Virus record (IMG/VR): IMGVR_UViG_3300009159_007116
Coordinates: 55,921-75,920 of that record
Strand: one strand, 5' to 3'
DNA from: an uncultured virus (IMG/VR IMGVR_UViG_3300009159_007116)
Taxonomy: Duplodnaviria; Heunggongvirae; Uroviricota; Caudoviricetes
Length of the DNA: 20,000 nucleotides
The number at the start of each line of letters is the position of its first letter. Within the stretch, counting starts at the first letter, position 1. Below, piece after piece: positions 16,014 through 20,000 of this stretch. The position numbers and the translations under genes were made by a program. Under the pieces are notes generated by a model. The model was not told the origin of the DNA. It saw only the letters and a program-made list of their open reading frames with translations, and made no database searches.

Positions 16014-17384
16014 CTAGTATGGTCTTGGTATTGCAGTTTTTAAAACGGCAAAATTAACAGTAGGAGTAGTTGGAAAATCTTTAATTGAATCGTCTGCCCA
16101 AATAAATGTTGTTGTCCTTGATATTTTTTTATTTTGTGCAGTAAAGTTAATAGAGTCTGATTCAATAACGCTTCCTTCTGGTTCATATCCAGTTAATGTA
16201 TCTGGAGTAGCCTCAGTTCCAATTCTTTCTATTGTTACAGACATAGCCCTTACTTTTTTTGTCTTAATATCTTGAAATATTGGTCCAGAAGTTCCGTATA
16301 TTGTATTATGAATAACATAATTTTTAAGTGATTTTGCCTTTGGATTAAAAAGAGTTACGCTTATAGATTCACTTTTAAATGCTGTACCAGTTGGTCTAGT
16401 CATATTTTCAATTTCATAATTGTAAGTGATAATTCCTTTTTCTAAATCTTTAGTCTCTGAAAATGACAATATTGTTAATGTTAAATATTTTAAATCTAAA
16501 GCTGCTTTTACAGTTCCCCATAAAACATCAGCAGCAGTAAATCTATTCCCATTTGATGTTGCATTAAGACCAGTTATTGTTCCTTCAATACTCAAACTTT
16601 CTCTTAAACTTTCAGTTGTTGATTTGTCTGTCACTGTTTGCTCATGATAAGCATAAGCATCTTGATCTAATTCAGAATTAAAAATTGTAGAATTATGATA
16701 AACAAGATTTATTTCAGCAGAAAACTCACCACTGTTTGGATTAACATTATAGCTAATTAATTTATTGCAAGGAGTGGCATAAGTAGTTCTAGAAGCTGTT
16801 TGTATATCTGTAGGAATTAAGGCATCTATCTTTTTTAAAACTTCTGTTTTTGATATTTCCCAACCACTTTTTGCCCCAACAGATTTTGATTTTGCTGAAA
16901 TTTTATGATTAACTTTAGTTAATCTTAAGTCTTCTTGGTTGTATTCAGTGCTCCAAGATTCATCTACATCTGATGGATCTAGTATTCCGCTTGGAACTTT
17001 TAAGCTACTTCCATCAGCTTTTCCAATATATATTTCATCAGCTTCCATCTCAATTGTATAATCACAAAAATCAACCCATACATCTTCTTTAAAGTTAATG
17101 CTTTTAACTCTAGGAAGAAACTTAAATGGGGCTGTTCCATCTCTTGGTTGAACTTCAAAATATTTAGCAGATGCATTTGAATAATCTTTAAACTGAGTCA
17201 TTATTGCTGTTTGTCTTGCAAGAATGAATGCTTTTTTATTTTCTGTAGATAATGTTTGACTTGCCACAATTTTTGCTGATACAGATATGTTAAATAAATA
17301 TAGCTTTGCTTTTCCATTTTCGTAGAATTGAACATCTTCTGTAATAGAAAAAGATTGAATCGGATCTGTTAATGTTCCAGCCAT
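16014..17384 (-). CDS. Putative tail structural protein, paralog B
   Basis: 456 aa, SD GAGGA. Motifs CDYTIEME, DESWS, SLSIEGTITG and GPIFQDIKTKK parallel those of 14625-16004. Confidence 0.65.
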   Translation of the reverse strand: MAGTLTDPIQSFSITEDVQFYENGKAKLYLFNISVSAKIVASQTLSTENKKAFILARQTAIMTQFKDYSNASAKYFEVQPRDGTAPFKFLPRVKSINFKEDVWVDFCDYTIEMEADEIYIGKADGSSLKVPSGILDPSDVDESWSTEYNQEDLRLTKVNHKISAKSKSVGAKSGWEISKTEVLKKIDALIPTDIQTASRTTYATPCNKLISYNVNPNSGEFSAEINLVYHNSTIFNSELDQDAYAYHEQTVTDKSTTESLRESLSIEGTITGLNATSNGNRFTAADVLWGTVKAALDLKYLTLTILSFSETKDLEKGIITYNYEIENMTRPTGTAFKSESISVTLFNPKAKSLKNYVIHNTIYGTSGPIFQDIKTKKVRAMSVTIERIGTEATPDTLTGYEPEGSVIESDSINFTAQNKKISRTTTFIWADDSIKDFPTTPTVNFAVLKTAIPRPY

Positions 17385-17386
17385 AT

Positions 17387-18439
17387 TTAATCCTCAAAAC
17401 CATGAATGTATAATTCTACATTACCATTGAATGGTTGATTTGTTTCTGGAATTACTAACTCTATTGAATCAAAATAAGTATCTTTTGTATATATATTAAA
17501 GTCAATACTACTAGTTATTGCAGGAGAAGCACCATAAGCTATTAATGGTACAGAATTCCAAGTTGCCTCAATATCTCTTTGTATAAATAGTTCTATAGAT
17601 GAATTGCTTGGTATTCCATTAAATGTAGTTCCAAGACCAATTATAGTTATGTTTAATGAATTATAAAATGATTTGTATTCGTTGCTCAAGTAAATATTTA
17701 AACTTTCAAACATTTTTAAATTTTCAAAATTGCCATCAATAAATAAATTAATAAAGTTGGTGCTATTACCTATATCGCTGACCTTTAAAAACAATTCAAA
17801 ATTTTGTTGTGTGATACTGTTTATGTATAGATCAACAGCCTTTATTTGTGTGTCTATTGTTGAACCATAAATATTAAAATGTATATTGGTATTTTCTAAA
17901 GGTGTAGCTAAACTAGATATGTACAAGTCTTTGCTTGATTCCATAAATGATTTTATGTAAAGCTCTTGACTGTCTTGATATTCATACCAATTTTTTATAA
18001 ATAAGTTGATTGAGCTTTGAGGAAAAGATTTTAAATATAAATTTATTTGTTCTTGCGTGTCTGACTGTAAATACAATGTTATTGCACCAACATCTCCTAT
18101 AGATGATTTTATATATAAAGGAACGCTGTTTTCAAAAGATGACTTTAAAAATAAATTTTTTGTATTAAATATTTTTTTCGGTGGAACCATCGATATTGTT
18201 GGTGCTGGTTCTGAACCTAGTGATGTTAGCCATCCTGTTAGTGGTGGACTTCCTGCACTTGCGGTATTATAGTAATAAACATCTGAAAAATGACGAATAG
18301 TCCATTGAGATAGTCCTGAGTCATAGACTAGCACATAATTTGAATCTACACTATTTTCATACAAATAACCGCTGGCAAACACAAATGTGCCATTAAAATT
18401 TCCACCACTGCCAGCACCAGTAATAATATAATTTGCCAT
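17387..18439 (-). CDS. Beta-repeat protein (L[YF]I-type repeats) with a small N-terminal PPxxGW domain
   Basis: 350 aa, SD AGGTG. The N-terminal ~85 aa end in SPPLTGWLTSLGSEPAPTI, followed by many short repeats (LFLKS, LYIKS, LYLQS, LYLKS, LFIKN, LYISS, LYINS, LFIDG, LYIHG). Confidence 0.7.
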   Translation of the reverse strand: MANYIITGAGSGGNFNGTFVFASGYLYENSVDSNYVLVYDSGLSQWTIRHFSDVYYYNTASAGSPPLTGWLTSLGSEPAPTISMVPPKKIFNTKNLFLKSSFENSVPLYIKSSIGDVGAITLYLQSDTQEQINLYLKSFPQSSINLFIKNWYEYQDSQELYIKSFMESSKDLYISSLATPLENTNIHFNIYGSTIDTQIKAVDLYINSITQQNFELFLKVSDIGNSTNFINLFIDGNFENLKMFESLNIYLSNEYKSFYNSLNITIIGLGTTFNGIPSNSSIELFIQRDIEATWNSVPLIAYGASPAITSSIDFNIYTKDTYFDSIELVIPETNQPFNGNVELYIHGFED

Positions 18440-18448
18440 GTTTACACC

Positions 18449-19999
18449 TTAAGCCATTTCATCTGTTATTTGCCTATCTATTTCACTAGTTATCCATCCT
18501 TTTAGAGACTCAGTAGCATCTGTTACTGCTGCATAAACACTACTAGTATCAAAATTAACATTTAATGAAGCATTTAAAGTGCCCATTATTTCTAAATTTA
18601 ATGTTCCAGGTATTCTATTTATTGCAGCACTTAATTCATCTACATATGTTTTAAATTTTTCTAATGATGAACTAAATCCACTGTTAAATCCTGTTGAGTT
18701 TGTACCAAATTGTGTAACTGCATTATTGAATTTATCTATTGGTCCTGATCCTATTTTTATTTCAGTTTTCAGTATTCTTGAAAGTTCTTCAAAACTAGAC
18801 TTTGCTATGTCTATATACTGAGCATTGTTATTAGAAGTACTAGTTGGTACTGGTACGCTCATTCTTGATACGGCAGCATCAAATCTTGATACCACTTCAC
18901 CAAATTTTGTCGCAGCACTATTAAATCTAGCAGATGGGCCACTAGATTTTCCTCCAGAATAATAACCAACAGGACCACCATTTGCAAAACCTTGAATGTC
19001 TTCTCCACTATTTATTGCGTGTAGCAAAGAAGCATTCTTAGAGGACTGCCTTGCATTAACAACAAACTCACCTGGGGTTAACATGGCTGGAATAGTGTCA
19101 GAACTAGATCTTGGACTTCCACCCTTAGATAAATTTTGCATGGCTTCTAATTCAGCTTGCCAAATTGCTATTTGTGCATCAAGCTCTCTATTTCTTTTTA
19201 TTTCTTCAGCTTTTTCTCTAACTTGTGCATTAGTTACAAATTGCTGCCCCTTAGGACCAGCATGTAAAGCAGCTTTTGCATCTTTTAAATCTTTAGCCTT
19301 TTGTCTTTGTTCATCTTCTGCTGCTCTTTTTTTCTTGATATCTTCTTCATTTGTGTCATCACTTTGCGATGTTGTTGGACCTGGATCTTTTGGTGGTTGC
19401 GTTGCTGGCAATGGAGCTAAAGGCATAGTCCTTGTTGGTTTTGATCGTTGTGGTTCTGGTTTTTTTTCTTCTATTTGCCTTAACTTTATTGGCTTATTTT
19501 GTCTTGCAGATGAACCAAACTTTTGTGGACCTTCAGCATAATTACCTAAATCTCCAATTCTGCTGTTACCAGCTTTTTTATTAGCATCTGGCCCTTGCTC
19601 ATTAAATAAATTAAAATCTTTTTGAGCTTGCCTTTCAAATTGTTTGCTAATAATTTCATTTCTACTATTATTCTGTGCATCTCCTGCCTTAAGATTCATT
19701 TCATATATCTTCTGCTGATCACCAGATTGAATTGCTTCCATCATTTCTTTTGGAGTAATGCCAGCATTTTTAAGTCTGCTTTGATAACTAGTTGGGCTAT
19801 CTCCAGTAGCAAGATATTCAATCAAACCACCATTAGCGGAATACCCAACATCTTTATTGTTGTTTCCACCCTTAACCACATTGTTTATAACTTCATCTAG
19901 GTATTCAATAAAGCTTTCTGGACTTGGGCTTTCTGGATCTTTTTCGTGTGTTATTTTTAGGTTGTCTATTACCGATTGGAATCTATCTGCTCCATCAGC
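18449..19999 (-). CDS. Tape-measure-like protein, C-terminal part (runs off the window edge)
   Basis: The frame is open to the window end (ADGADRFQSVIDNLKITHEKDPESPSPESFIEYLDEVINNVVKGG...). Contains SDTIPAMLTPGEFVVN...LLHAINSG...GFANGGPV, a motif typical of phage tape-measure C-termini, plus amphipathic Phe-periodic helices. Confidence 0.8.
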   Translation of the reverse strand, partial: ADGADRFQSVIDNLKITHEKDPESPSPESFIEYLDEVINNVVKGGNNNKDVGYSANGGLIEYLATGDSPTSYQSRLKNAGITPKEMMEAIQSGDQQKIYEMNLKAGDAQNNSRNEIISKQFERQAQKDFNLFNEQGPDANKKAGNSRIGDLGNYAEGPQKFGSSARQNKPIKLRQIEEKKPEPQRSKPTRTMPLAPLPATQPPKDPGPTTSQSDDTNEEDIKKKRAAEDEQRQKAKDLKDAKAALHAGPKGQQFVTNAQVREKAEEIKRNRELDAQIAIWQAELEAMQNLSKGGSPRSSSDTIPAMLTPGEFVVNARQSSKNASLLHAINSGEDIQGFANGGPVGYYSGGKSSGPSARFNSAATKFGEVVSRFDAAVSRMSVPVPTSTSNNNAQYIDIAKSSFEELSRILKTEIKIGSGPIDKFNNAVTQFGTNSTGFNSGFSSSLEKFKTYVDELSAAINRIPGTLNLEIMGTLNASLNVNFDTSSVYAAVTDATESLKGWITSEIDRQITDEMA

Positions 20000-20000
20000 C

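Noticed and set aside
10548..19900. Short + strand ORFs opposite the tail genes (e.g. 10548, 11999, 14944, 18996) and short - strand ORFs opposite the + block
   Set aside because: They lie fully antisense to longer motif-bearing genes and have no recognisable motifs.
1..20000. Stop-codon reassignment (alternative genetic code)
   Set aside because: Code 11 gives near-complete coding density, and TAA, TAG and TGA all end genes right at the next gene's start.

Overview
An AT-rich, gene-dense segment best read as part of a large tailed bacteriophage genome, using the standard genetic code and prokaryotic Shine-Dalgarno sites. It has two convergent blocks. The + strand (<3-8146) starts with a tightly overlapping nine-gene glycan-modification cluster: GT4, methyltransferase-like, degenerate GT-A-like, GT2, LicC-like nucleotidyltransferase, CgeB-like GT-B, an unknown protein, a motif-degenerate HddA-like GHMP kinase and a GT-B-like half-domain. 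This is followed by an HTH/NUMOD3/Vsr-like endonuclease, a Rad52-superfamily annealing-like protein, a Zn-ribbon protein and a small ORF. The - strand (>19999-8118) is a putative tail module: tape-measure C-terminus, a beta-repeat protein, two tandem paralogous ~457-aa proteins, a ~1463-aa hub/tip-like protein with a Cys/Pro-rich tail, a 473-aa mucin-like protein of Cys-rich modules on (Thr-Ser)n linkers, and a 204-aa protein. The most interesting hypothesis is a phage-encoded virion glycosylation system, in which the glycosylation cluster (about half of it apparent pseudo-enzymes) acts on the mucin-like, probably disulfide-rich tail protein. All calls come from motif recognition by eye; no database search was run.
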